Shown here: positions 50,060 through 59,887 of the stretch, in pieces
How positions within the stretch are numbered: position 1 is the first letter of the stretch
Layout: the number at the start of each line of letters is the position of its first letter
NCBI GenBank assembly: GCA_022736275.1
Contig: DZBJ01000008.1
Span: 33,334-97,333, forward strand
Source of the DNA: Rikenella microfusus
Lineage (GTDB): Bacteria > Bacteroidota > Bacteroidia > Bacteroidales > VadinHA17
Direction: 5' to 3'
DNA length: 64,000 nt
Notes under the pieces: generated by a model
Seen by the model: only the letters and a program-made list of their open reading frames with translations
Told to the model about the DNA's origin: nothing
Databases searched by the model: none
Program-made: the position numbers and the translations under genes

Positions 50060-53000
50060 ATGAACCGAGCATGTTTAACTAAAAACTCAAACATGAATGA
50101 TCAAAATCAACATGCGAGCTCCATCCGACCTATTAAAAATAAATTTGTACGGATGAAAAGATTAATCATTCTTTCAGGTAAGAGCAATCTGTTAATTTGC
50201 TTTGTTTTCCTGATAATCAGCTTTTGTTCTTTTAAGAACATTTATGGTCAGCAGGGAAAAACCATTCTCATTTCAGGGGTAGTGACGGATGTTGCCGATA
50301 AAAGTCCCCTCCCTGGTACAACTATCATGGTGAAAGGAACTCAAACCGGGACAGTATCTGATTCACAGGGAAAATACTCTCTGTCAGTACCGGCAGGATC
50401 GACTCTTGCCTGCTCCTTTATAGGATACGGATCAATTGAAATTGCAGTAGGCGAACAAACCATTATCAATTTCCAGCTGAAAGAGTCATTAGTGGATATT
50501 TCCGAGGTAGTTGTTATCGGATATGGATCATCGCAAAAAAAAGATATTACAGGTTCAATTGCCACGGTGAAATCTGCGGAGTTTAATAAGGGTGCTTATA
50601 GTGATGTAATGGGACTGATTCAGGGGAAAGTAGCCGGTTTGGTTGTAAATAAACCAAATGGGGCTGATCCAATGGCAGGTTATAATATTCTTCTCAGGGG
50701 TACAAATACTCTTACTTCCGGCCAGGGTCCGCTTATAATTATTGACGGAGTTGCAGGAGCTGATTTGAAAAATATCAATTTCGAAGATGTTCAGTCATTT
50801 GATATTCTGAAAGACGGGTCTGCCGCAGCCATATATGGTACCAGAGGAACAAACGGGGTAATAATTATTACTACTAAAAGAGCGAAATCCGGCAAGCCTA
50901 CAATTGAGTATTCCGGCAATATCAGCTTTCAGGTAGCCCCGAGAAGTGTTGTAACTTTAAACCCTGAAGAATTCAAGTATGCAATCAATACTTATGCTCC
51001 TGATAAAACTGGCAGCATTTATGATGCCAGTACAATCTGGTTTGATGAGATTACCCGTTCAACCCCTGTTAGCCAGAAACATAGTCTGGCATTGTCTGGC
51101 GGAACTGATCTGTTTTCACACAGAACAACATTCTATATTGAAAAAAACAACGGGCTCCTGAAAGATAATGAATCGAACAGATATATTTTTAAAACGAATC
51201 TGAAGCAATCTGCCTTTGATGAACATTTGGTACTGGATTACAACATGATACTCGGAATAAGACAGTACAAACCGGCTAATTACAGTTTGTTTTATCAGTC
51301 TTTCATTCAGAATCCGACTCAACCTGTGTATGATTCAACAAATGTTGAATATGGCGGATATTCAAATTTACCCGGGATAGAGTATTACAATCCCGTTGCA
51401 ATGCTGAATGAGCGCAACCGGAATGGTCAGACAATAGATTTTACTCCTAATGTGCGTGCAACCATTAAGTTATCAGATCATCTTAACTGGGTGAATTTTG
51501 TTTCATTTGAAGGTTCTACATACGAAGAAACATCGTACAAGACCCAATACTACCCGCCTTCAATCGGCAGAGACGGGGAGGCTGAAATTAGCAATGGCAA
51601 ATCCTATAGCTTCCAGTATGAAAGTACAGTGGATTATTCTTTTTCATTCACCAAACATTCATTCCAGACTGTTGCAGGGTACTCCTATCAGGAATTTGGA
51701 AACAACAGCAGTTATATGGGTAATTCAGAGTTTGATACTGATTATTATGGCGTAAATAATATAGGTGCCGGTTTTGCTCTTCCAACTGGACTTGCCAGTA
51801 TGGGATCATATAAAGAGTCTAATAAACTTATCGCATTTTTCGGTCGGGTAATATATAATTTCAGTGACAAATACCTGGCATCCTTATCATACAGGAGAGA
51901 AGGTTCTTCGAGATTCGGAGCAAATAATAAATGGGGAAGCTTCCCTGCCTTGAGTCTTGGCTGGAGGATCGACAAGGAGTCGTTTATGGAAAATGTCAAC
52001 TGGCTGAACGGACTAAAACTCCGGGTTGGATATGGGGTAACAGGAAACCAGGATTTCGACAATTATAAATCACTGATACTGATGGACAGGGCCGGCAAAT
52101 TTTATTATAACGGTGAATGGATAAACTCTTACCAGCCGATTTCAAATCCGAATCCTGATCTTAGGTGGGAAAGGAAAGAAGAGATAAATGCAGGTATCGA
52201 TTTTTCAGTTCTTAATAACAGGCTGGGTGGGGCTCTGGATTATTATTACAGGACAAGTAAGGATTTGTTATATACTTATTCTGTTTCTGTACCTCCATAT
52301 ATTTATAATGAGCTATTTACAAATGTCGGAACTATTGCCAATCAGGGAATAGAGTTATCAATTAATGCAGTACCAACCAAATTACAGAATTTTGAATGGA
52401 CAACCATCTTAACTTTCAGTAAAAATATAAATAAGCTGATAAAGTTTTCTGACGAGGAATTTACCAATAAATATATGGATGTTGGCTGGATCGGTGGTCC
52501 GATTCCCCAGTATTCACAGAGAATTGAAGAAGGGAAGAGCCTGGGAACATTCTGGGGCCCTTCCTGGATAAAAGTTGATGAAAATGGCTATGACCAATTT
52601 AAAAATCAAAACCCGATAGGTGGCGTTAGTCCTGATAAATATGAAGATATAGGGAATGCATATCCTTTCTGTTCAATCGGGTGGAGTAACTCCCTTATAT
52701 ATAAAGAATGGAATTTAAATATATCATTAAGATCCAATATCGGAGGGCATACGCTGAATCTTTATCGTGCATATTATGAAAACTGGCAGACAATAGGTAC
52801 CAGGAACATAGTTCATACACAACTTGAAAATCCTGAATTTATCGGTAATGCAACATATTCTTCTAAATATGTGGAAGATGCATCTTTTGTGAAACTGGAT
52901 AATATTTCTCTTAGCTACAGATTAAAGATTGAATCAAAATATATCTCTGCAATACAATTTTCATTTACAGCTCAGGATGTATTCTGCTTCACAAAATATA

Positions 53001-53110
53001 AGGGGCTGGATCCTGAAGCAAACCTTTCCGGACTTGAACCCGGAATTGAACGTTTGTCTTATTACCCGAGAACCACTTCTCTCACCTTTGGGATTAATGC
53101 AACTTTCTAA
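50060..53110 (+). CDS. susC: SusC/RagA TonB-dependent transporter
   Basis: EVVVIGYG, LKDGSAAAIYGTRGTNGVIIITTK, NPDLRWE, C-terminal F; true start may be ATG 50153. Confidence 0.95.
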   Translation: MNRACLTKNSNMNDQNQHASSIRPIKNKFVRMKRLIILSGKSNLLICFVFLIISFCSFKNIYGQQGKTILISGVVTDVADKSPLPGTTIMVKGTQTGTVSDSQGKYSLSVPAGSTLACSFIGYGSIEIAVGEQTIINFQLKESLVDISEVVVIGYGSSQKKDITGSIATVKSAEFNKGAYSDVMGLIQGKVAGLVVNKPNGADPMAGYNILLRGTNTLTSGQGPLIIIDGVAGADLKNINFEDVQSFDILKDGSAAAIYGTRGTNGVIIITTKRAKSGKPTIEYSGNISFQVAPRSVVTLNPEEFKYAINTYAPDKTGSIYDASTIWFDEITRSTPVSQKHSLALSGGTDLFSHRTTFYIEKNNGLLKDNESNRYIFKTNLKQSAFDEHLVLDYNMILGIRQYKPANYSLFYQSFIQNPTQPVYDSTNVEYGGYSNLPGIEYYNPVAMLNERNRNGQTIDFTPNVRATIKLSDHLNWVNFVSFEGSTYEETSYKTQYYPPSIGRDGEAEISNGKSYSFQYESTVDYSFSFTKHSFQTVAGYSYQEFGNNSSYMGNSEFDTDYYGVNNIGAGFALPTGLASMGSYKESNKLIAFFGRVIYNFSDKYLASLSYRREGSSRFGANNKWGSFPALSLGWRIDKESFMENVNWLNGLKLRVGYGVTGNQDFDNYKSLILMDRAGKFYYNGEWINSYQPISNPNPDLRWERKEEINAGIDFSVLNNRLGGALDYYYRTSKDLLYTYSVSVPPYIYNELFTNVGTIANQGIELSINAVPTKLQNFEWTTILTFSKNINKLIKFSDEEFTNKYMDVGWIGGPIPQYSQRIEEGKSLGTFWGPSWIKVDENGYDQFKNQNPIGGVSPDKYEDIGNAYPFCSIGWSNSLIYKEWNLNISLRSNIGGHTLNLYRAYYENWQTIGTRNIVHTQLENPEFIGNATYSSKYVEDASFVKLDNISLSYRLKIESKYISAIQFSFTAQDVFCFTKYKGLDPEANLSGLEPGIERLSYYPRTTSLTFGINATF

Positions 53111-53133
53111 TAAAAGATATAAACTGATTAGTC

Positions 53134-54642
53134 ATGAAAATAAAAATAATCATACTGATAAGCGGCATATTAATGATAGGATCATTATCATGTACTGACC
53201 TGACTGAGGAAGTTTATTCTGACATTCCACTTGATAAATTTTTCCAGACAGAAAAAGATGTTCTGATGAATGCAGGACGTGCCTATACCAAACTTCAGGG
53301 ATATCCGGAAGAGTTTAGCTTATGGACACTTACTGAAATGGCATCAGATGAAATGGTTGCTCCCGGACGCGATGATGGATGGGTGTGGGATAATGGTCGC
53401 TGGGATCAGATACATAAACATAATGTCAGTCCAACCAATAAAATTCTTACTCTTGCCTATGGATATGTATATGAGGGCATTAGTGCCTGCAATGAAGTAC
53501 TTTATGAGACAGAAGCCACCTCAATAAGTTTTGCAGGAAAAGATAAGATCATTGCCGAAATAAAGATCCTGCGGGCACTATTCTATTACTGGGCTACCGA
53601 TAACTGGGGAAACGTCCCGTTTTCGATAGATTTTACCGACAGAACCCTCCCGGAACAGAAAGACAGAAATTTCATCTTTAATTTCCTGGTGGATGAAATT
53701 AATAACAATCTAGATAAGCTTCAAAAGGTTCCCGATGCATCATATTATGGACGTGTTACTCAGGGTATGGCCTATACGCTTCTCGCCAAGGTATATATGA
53801 ATGCACTCGAATGGACAGGAACTGCAAAATGGCAGGAAGCGATTGATGCCTGCAATGAAGTAATTGGTATTAATGCATACCACATCGAGAATGATTTCTT
53901 TGCTAATTTCAAGGTTAATAATGAAACATCTGTTGAAAATATTTTTGTAATCCCGATGCATTCAATCTATACAAAGGATAACCTTTACTGGTATACCCTT
54001 ACACTTAATGATGCCAGCCGTGCAACATTTGAATTCAAAGGGGCAATGTGGGATGAATTTGTACTTGAACCCCCTTTCATTAACTTGTTTTCAGCAAATG
54101 ATATCCGCCAGAAATCTTTCCTCTTCGGACAGCAAAAGGATAAAAACGGTGATGATATAATTATTGATTCCGAGCCCTTTATCTATACAACAACTATAGA
54201 TAACTATATGTCTAGAAAAAAGTGGGAGGGAGCGAGATGCTGCAAGTACGAATATCAGCCCAATCTTGAGTACTATGTAAATGACATGGAGAATGACTAT
54301 GTTATTTTCAGATATGCCGACGTTTTACTTACAAAACTGGAGGCTCTTCACAGGCTTGGACGCGCTGGTGAGATGCTTGCAGACCCTGACCTGAGGAAAA
54401 TACGAACAAGGGCTGGTGTTGCACCATATATTATTTCAGACATAACAAATACTGAACTGCTAAATGAGCTTGGCCGTGAGTTTGCCTGGGAAGGACATCG
54501 CAGACAGGACATGATAAGATTCGGAGTATGGAATAATTCATGGTGGAATAAACCGCCATCCGAACCGACCGACAAACTATTCCCTATTCCTCAGCAGGTA
54601 ATGAATGCCAATCCGAATCTGGATCAGAATCCCGGATATTAA
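53134..54642 (+). CDS. susD: SusD/RagB lipoprotein
   Basis: lipobox SLSC; FRYADVLL, ELGREFAWEGHRRQDMIRFG, NPNLDQNPGY. Confidence 0.95.
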   Translation: MKIKIIILISGILMIGSLSCTDLTEEVYSDIPLDKFFQTEKDVLMNAGRAYTKLQGYPEEFSLWTLTEMASDEMVAPGRDDGWVWDNGRWDQIHKHNVSPTNKILTLAYGYVYEGISACNEVLYETEATSISFAGKDKIIAEIKILRALFYYWATDNWGNVPFSIDFTDRTLPEQKDRNFIFNFLVDEINNNLDKLQKVPDASYYGRVTQGMAYTLLAKVYMNALEWTGTAKWQEAIDACNEVIGINAYHIENDFFANFKVNNETSVENIFVIPMHSIYTKDNLYWYTLTLNDASRATFEFKGAMWDEFVLEPPFINLFSANDIRQKSFLFGQQKDKNGDDIIIDSEPFIYTTTIDNYMSRKKWEGARCCKYEYQPNLEYYVNDMENDYVIFRYADVLLTKLEALHRLGRAGEMLADPDLRKIRTRAGVAPYIISDITNTELLNELGREFAWEGHRRQDMIRFGVWNNSWWNKPPSEPTDKLFPIPQQVMNANPNLDQNPGY

Positions 54643-54650
54643 TAAGTATT

Positions 54651-56657
54651 ATGCGTAAAATAACCGCTTTATATGTTTTGTTTCTTCTCTTATCTGTGAA
54701 GGTTATTCCCCAGGGAAATTCATCAGCTATGACTTATAAAATTACTGTAGGTGAACTCAGGGATAAGATAGCCGCGGCATGGATTGGTCAGATGATTGGC
54801 AATATGTACGGGTTGCCACATGAAAACAAATATATTGCAACCCCCGGTTCGGAGAAATGGCCTTATGGCTATAGCAAAAGCCTCGATAAACTGCAGAAAT
54901 ACGGAGGCGCTTTTTCTGATGATGATACCGATGTTGAGTATATGTACCTTCTTCAGATGGAGAAATATGGAGCAGAACCTTCATACGAGCAACTAAAGAA
55001 TGCATGGATGTATTACATCCGCGACAGGGTCTGGCTTGCGAACAGGGGTGCTCTCGGGCTGATGCATTTTGGATTTACACCTCCATATACAGGGAGTAAA
55101 GAGATTAATCCTCACTGGTATCAGATCGATCCCCAGCTGATCAACGAGATATGGGCATTTACCGCTCCCGGAATGATTAAATATGCATCGGCAAAGTCTG
55201 AGTGGGCAGGCCGTATTACAAGCGACGACTGGGGTGTGGAACCCACAATCCATTACGGAGCAATGTATTCTGCAGCTTTTTTTGAAAAAGATATCAGGAA
55301 ACTTATCGAGATCGGACTGAATGAACTTCCCCGGCAGGGTCGTTATGCACAGACCATCCGTGATATGATAGCCCTGCACGATAAATATCCTGATAACTGG
55401 CAGGCTGCAAGGAAAGAAATGGCAGAAAAATATTATGTCAATGAACCGGATATGACTAAAACCATCTGGAATGCCAACCTTAATGGTGCTTGTGCTATCC
55501 TTGCTATGCTCTATGGTAACGGTGATTTCCAGAGAACACTTGATTTATCATGTGCGATGGGCTTTGATGCTGATAATCAGGCTGCTACAGTTGCAGGGCT
55601 GTTGGGAGTAGTATCTGGCATGAAGGGGCTTCCTGAAAAACTTTATCTCCCGGTGGAGGGATGGAAACTGCCCTTCAATGACAGGTATATCAATATAACC
55701 CGTTATGACCTGCCTGATGCAGGGATAAACAATATTATTGACAGAACATTGAAGGAATGTATCAGTCTTGTAGTTACCAAAGGTGGAAAAATAAGCGGGA
55801 AAAAAGGGAGCGAAACTCTTTCCATAAACAGTAGTGCCACTTTTAATACTCCCCTTGAATTCTGCGCAGGACCCATACCGCGGATGGAGGTCGGACAGAT
55901 GGTCAATTATGATTTTCAGAGACAGTCCGGCAAGAACTACAGCCTTAATCTGATTTCCGGGAAAGCCCCTGATGGTACAACAATTGAGAAAGGACATCTT
56001 TCAGGCATCCCTACATCTCCTGGAGACTATCCGGTAAGTTTACAGCTTAATGATGGCAAAAAAGCTATTTCAAAGGATTTTATTTTGACTGTTCGCAACC
56101 ATAACATTGCACCGGATGCCGATTCTGTTCTGGCAAACATAAGAACTCTGAATGAAGCGGTACTGGATTCATGCTGGTACACCTTCGGAAAATCAATATA
56201 TGCGAAGAATGTGGAAGTTATTAGGGATGGGAAAACTTCTGGCCCGGGTTCCGTATTCTACAGTCTGGCTCAAAAATCCAATCTTCCAAAAGTAGATTAC
56301 TATGGCTATTCCTGGAAAACGGAACAGAATATTGATATGATTGCCCTGTTCACGGGGTGTATGGAGGAATTCGGTGGCTGGTTTACATCGCTCAATGTTC
56401 AGTTTATGGACGCAAATGGGAAATGGCAGCCGGTTGAAGAAACATCAATTGTGCCTCCCCTGCCAAAAATCGACATAGTGTTCTATCAGCCTCATTTTGT
56501 CGAATATATAATCCGGTTTTCACCGGTTAAGACAAAAGCTGTCAGGATCATAGGCGATGCAAAAATTCAGTCTCACTGGAATAAATACACTAATAATGTT
56601 TCAGGGTTTACATCTGTTACGGAGTTAAGTGTATATAAATCAAATCAGGAAAAATAA
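54651..56657 (+). CDS. ADP-ribosylglycohydrolase-family protein with Ig-like and C-terminal beta-sandwich domains
   Basis: signal peptide; DKIAAAWIGQMIG, FSDDDTD, GFDADNQAAT metal-binding motifs; LSGIPTSPGDY Ig-like repeat. Confidence 0.85.
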   Translation: MRKITALYVLFLLLSVKVIPQGNSSAMTYKITVGELRDKIAAAWIGQMIGNMYGLPHENKYIATPGSEKWPYGYSKSLDKLQKYGGAFSDDDTDVEYMYLLQMEKYGAEPSYEQLKNAWMYYIRDRVWLANRGALGLMHFGFTPPYTGSKEINPHWYQIDPQLINEIWAFTAPGMIKYASAKSEWAGRITSDDWGVEPTIHYGAMYSAAFFEKDIRKLIEIGLNELPRQGRYAQTIRDMIALHDKYPDNWQAARKEMAEKYYVNEPDMTKTIWNANLNGACAILAMLYGNGDFQRTLDLSCAMGFDADNQAATVAGLLGVVSGMKGLPEKLYLPVEGWKLPFNDRYINITRYDLPDAGINNIIDRTLKECISLVVTKGGKISGKKGSETLSINSSATFNTPLEFCAGPIPRMEVGQMVNYDFQRQSGKNYSLNLISGKAPDGTTIEKGHLSGIPTSPGDYPVSLQLNDGKKAISKDFILTVRNHNIAPDADSVLANIRTLNEAVLDSCWYTFGKSIYAKNVEVIRDGKTSGPGSVFYSLAQKSNLPKVDYYGYSWKTEQNIDMIALFTGCMEEFGGWFTSLNVQFMDANGKWQPVEETSIVPPLPKIDIVFYQPHFVEYIIRFSPVKTKAVRIIGDAKIQSHWNKYTNNVSGFTSVTELSVYKSNQEK

Positions 56658-56663
56658 AATAAT

Positions 56664-58310
56664 ATGAAGAGAACTTCAAATTATATAATCCTTCAAATAT
56701 GTTTCTGCGTTCTCGCAGTCTTTTCCTCATGTTCTGAAAAAACTGTAAATGAACCACTTAAGAAAGGTTTAATTCGTCTCTCAAAAGAAGTATTGCAGGA
56801 TAAAATTAAAGGAGGTTGGGCCGGTCAGACGATTGGAGTGGTATACGGAGCTCCGGTAGAATTCAAATACCAGGGATCCCTTATCGATGAATATCAGAAT
56901 ATTCCGTGGAGAGATGGCTATGTAAAGTACTGGTGGGACAAAAAGCCCGGTTTATTTGATGATATATACACCGACCTAAATTTTGTAAATGTTTTTGAAA
57001 AATTCGGATTAAATGTAACCAGCGATACTATAGCTCAACACTGGGCGAGTACTGAGTATCACCTTGCTCATGCAAACCAGGCCTCAAGGTATAATATCCT
57101 CAATGGAATCATGCCTCCGAATTCCGGATACTGGAAAAATAATCCTCATGCAGATGATCTGGACTTTCAGATTGAGGCTGATTTTATAGGTTTGATGACA
57201 CCGGGAATGGTGAACTCTGCCACGGAAATTGCCGACAGGGTCGGACACATAATGAACAGCGGTGACGGGTGGTATGGAGGTGTCTTCGTTTCAGCACTCT
57301 ATTCTATTGCTTTTATATCTGATAATGTTAATTACATTGTTGAACAGGCAGTTAAGACTATACCGGCAGGCACTAAATTTCATGATTGTATAGCTGATGT
57401 TATAAAATGGCATAAACAGAATCCAAATGACTGGAAAGCAACATGGTTTGAACTCCAGAAAAAATGGAATAATGATGTAGGTTGCCCAAAAGGAGTCTTT
57501 CTATCATTCAATATAGATGCTAAAATTAATTCAGCATATGTGGCTATCGGACTTCTGTATGGCGATGGCGACTTTACAAAATCGATCGATATTGCCGCCC
57601 GATGCGGACAGGATGCAGACTGCAACCCTGCAACTGTCGGAGGAGTTCTAGGAGTTATGGCAGGTTATTCACATATCCCCGATTTCTGGCTAAAGCCTCT
57701 TCAGGAAATTGAACCTCTGAATTTCGAAGGAACAAACATGTCCCTGGATAGGGCATACGAACTAAGCTTTAATCATTCGCTTGGCATGATTAAGCTTGCC
57801 GGTGGATCAGATAGTGAAAATGAGGTGACAATCCCTATGGCAGAACCCGTTCCTGTAGCTTTTGAACAGAATTTTGAAAATTCATTTCCTGTTTTTCGCG
57901 ATAGGTTTGACCGCTCCTTCACAGATGAACTTTCTTATGACCTTGTTGGGAACGGGTATATTTTTTATGGTAACCTGGTCAAGAATTCCAAAATCGACAA
58001 AGACTACATCGACAGGGTTTCAAAAAGAGTAGGATCAGAAGCTTTCGGACTTGCGGAACTTAATGATCCTTATGTTGCTGAACTTGAGGTATATATTGAT
58101 GGTAAACTGGATGAGAAAATTAAAATGCCAATGAAAAACACCTCACGGAGACTTGAACCGGCATGGAAGTATCAGCTCCCTGAGGGAAGCCATAAAGTTA
58201 AGCTTAAGTGGATAAATCCAAATTCTGAATATGAAATCAGAATTAATGATATAGTGATCTATTCTGAGAAACAACCTGAAAGTAATCTTCCCAAACAGCA
58301 AGGATTATGA
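56664..58310 (+). CDS. ADP-ribosylglycohydrolase-family lipoprotein
   Basis: lipobox FSSC; DKIKGGWAGQTIG, DDIYTD, DFQIEAD, CGQDADCN. Confidence 0.85.
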   Translation: MKRTSNYIILQICFCVLAVFSSCSEKTVNEPLKKGLIRLSKEVLQDKIKGGWAGQTIGVVYGAPVEFKYQGSLIDEYQNIPWRDGYVKYWWDKKPGLFDDIYTDLNFVNVFEKFGLNVTSDTIAQHWASTEYHLAHANQASRYNILNGIMPPNSGYWKNNPHADDLDFQIEADFIGLMTPGMVNSATEIADRVGHIMNSGDGWYGGVFVSALYSIAFISDNVNYIVEQAVKTIPAGTKFHDCIADVIKWHKQNPNDWKATWFELQKKWNNDVGCPKGVFLSFNIDAKINSAYVAIGLLYGDGDFTKSIDIAARCGQDADCNPATVGGVLGVMAGYSHIPDFWLKPLQEIEPLNFEGTNMSLDRAYELSFNHSLGMIKLAGGSDSENEVTIPMAEPVPVAFEQNFENSFPVFRDRFDRSFTDELSYDLVGNGYIFYGNLVKNSKIDKDYIDRVSKRVGSEAFGLAELNDPYVAELEVYIDGKLDEKIKMPMKNTSRRLEPAWKYQLPEGSHKVKLKWINPNSEYEIRINDIVIYSEKQPESNLPKQQGL

Positions 58311-59875
58311 AAAAAAGAGTATTCCCTGTAATTCTCCTTTCATCGTTTTTGTTACTTTATTCGTGTAACAAGAATGTTAAGCAGTTAACTGTACTTCCTG
58401 AAAAAAGTACATTATCGGTAGCCGTTCTGAAAGACAAGATTAAAGGAGGTTGGGCCGGGCAAACCATCGGCTGCACATTTGGCGGTCCTACTGAATTCAA
58501 ATTTAAAGGAACTATGATTCAGGATTATCAGCAAATGATCTGGTATGACGATTACATAAAGGAGATATTTGAATCAGATCCGGGTTTGTACGATGATGTT
58601 TATATGGACCTTACTTTCGTTGAGGTACTTGAGAGAGTGGGCCTCGATGCTCCTGCCGACTCATTTGCTGTTTCATTTGCAAAGGATGATTACCGGCTCT
58701 GGCATGCCAATCAGGCTGCCAGGTACAATATTCTGAACGGGATTATGCCACCGGCATCGGGTTACTGGATGAACAACCCTCATGCTGATGATATTGATTT
58801 TCAGATAGAAGCCGACTTTGCCGGGATGATGACACCCGGGATGATCAACACCGCTTCTGAGATCTGCGACAGGACCGGACATATCATGAATTATGGTGAC
58901 GGATGGTATGGCGGTGTTTTTATGGCAGCCATGTATTCAACCGCATTTATTTCTGATGATGTGGAGTTTATTGTAACCCATGGACTTAAACCTATCCCTG
59001 AGAAAAGCAGGTTCCATCAGGCTATCATCGATATAATAAAATGGCATAAGCAGTACCCTGATGACTGGAAACAATGCTGGTTTGAATTTGAAAAGAAACA
59101 TACCAGCGAAAAAGGCTGCCCCGAAGGAGTATTCAATGCATTTAATATTGATGCAAGTGTTAATGCCGCATATGTTGTAATGGGACTTCTGTACGGCAAT
59201 AAAGATTTCTTCAGAACAATGGATATAGCAACAAGATGCGGACAGGATTCAGACTGCAACCCTGCAACTGCGGCGGGTATTCTGGGGGTCATTCTCGGAT
59301 ATAAAAATATCCCGGAGTTCTGGAAACCGGCAGTTGAAAAAGTTGCAGACCTGAAATTTCCATATTCCAACCTTACGTTAAACCAGATCTATGAACTGAG
59401 CTATAAACATGCCGTAATACTGATTGAACAGAATGGTGGCAGTATTAATGATGACATAATAAATATCAAAGTTCAGAAACCTGATACTCTGCGGCTTGAA
59501 CAATCATTTGAAGGGATGTACCCGACAAAGGAGCTTCTTGTAAGAAAGGATATTCTTTCTGAGAGTATCAAAATTGATTTTACCGGGAATGGAATTGTGG
59601 TTTTAGGGAATGTGAAAAGCCAGTGCGGAATCTCAACAAGCAACTACATTGCACTTTTAGACGTCTATTTAGATGGGTCCCTTTCTGAACAGGTAAAGAT
59701 GCCATTCGATTTTACTGTCCGTAAATATGATATATATTACAAATACATGCTGAAGAACGGGGACCATAAACTTGAAATAAAGTGGGTAAACCAGAATCCT
59801 GACTACCGGATATATTTTAAGTCATTTGTTGTTTACAGTGATTCTCCGGAGAAACCTTTTAATCCGGGAAATTAG
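58307..59875 (+). CDS. ADP-ribosylglycohydrolase-family lipoprotein (paralog of 56664..58310)
   Basis: lipobox LYSC; DKIKGGWAGQTIG, DDVYMD, DFQIEAD, CGQDSDCN; 4-bp overlap with the previous gene. Confidence 0.85.
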   Translation: MKKRVFPVILLSSFLLLYSCNKNVKQLTVLPEKSTLSVAVLKDKIKGGWAGQTIGCTFGGPTEFKFKGTMIQDYQQMIWYDDYIKEIFESDPGLYDDVYMDLTFVEVLERVGLDAPADSFAVSFAKDDYRLWHANQAARYNILNGIMPPASGYWMNNPHADDIDFQIEADFAGMMTPGMINTASEICDRTGHIMNYGDGWYGGVFMAAMYSTAFISDDVEFIVTHGLKPIPEKSRFHQAIIDIIKWHKQYPDDWKQCWFEFEKKHTSEKGCPEGVFNAFNIDASVNAAYVVMGLLYGNKDFFRTMDIATRCGQDSDCNPATAAGILGVILGYKNIPEFWKPAVEKVADLKFPYSNLTLNQIYELSYKHAVILIEQNGGSINDDIINIKVQKPDTLRLEQSFEGMYPTKELLVRKDILSESIKIDFTGNGIVVLGNVKSQCGISTSNYIALLDVYLDGSLSEQVKMPFDFTVRKYDIYYKYMLKNGDHKLEIKWVNQNPDYRIYFKSFVVYSDSPEKPFNPGN

Positions 59876-59887
59876 TAAGTTCATTTA

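Noticed and set aside
54651-59875. ARH genes as antitoxins, DraG nitrogenase regulators or anti-phage modules
   Set aside because: All carry export signals and sit in a SusC/D-ribokinase operon; no ADP-ribosyltransferase or nif genes in the window.
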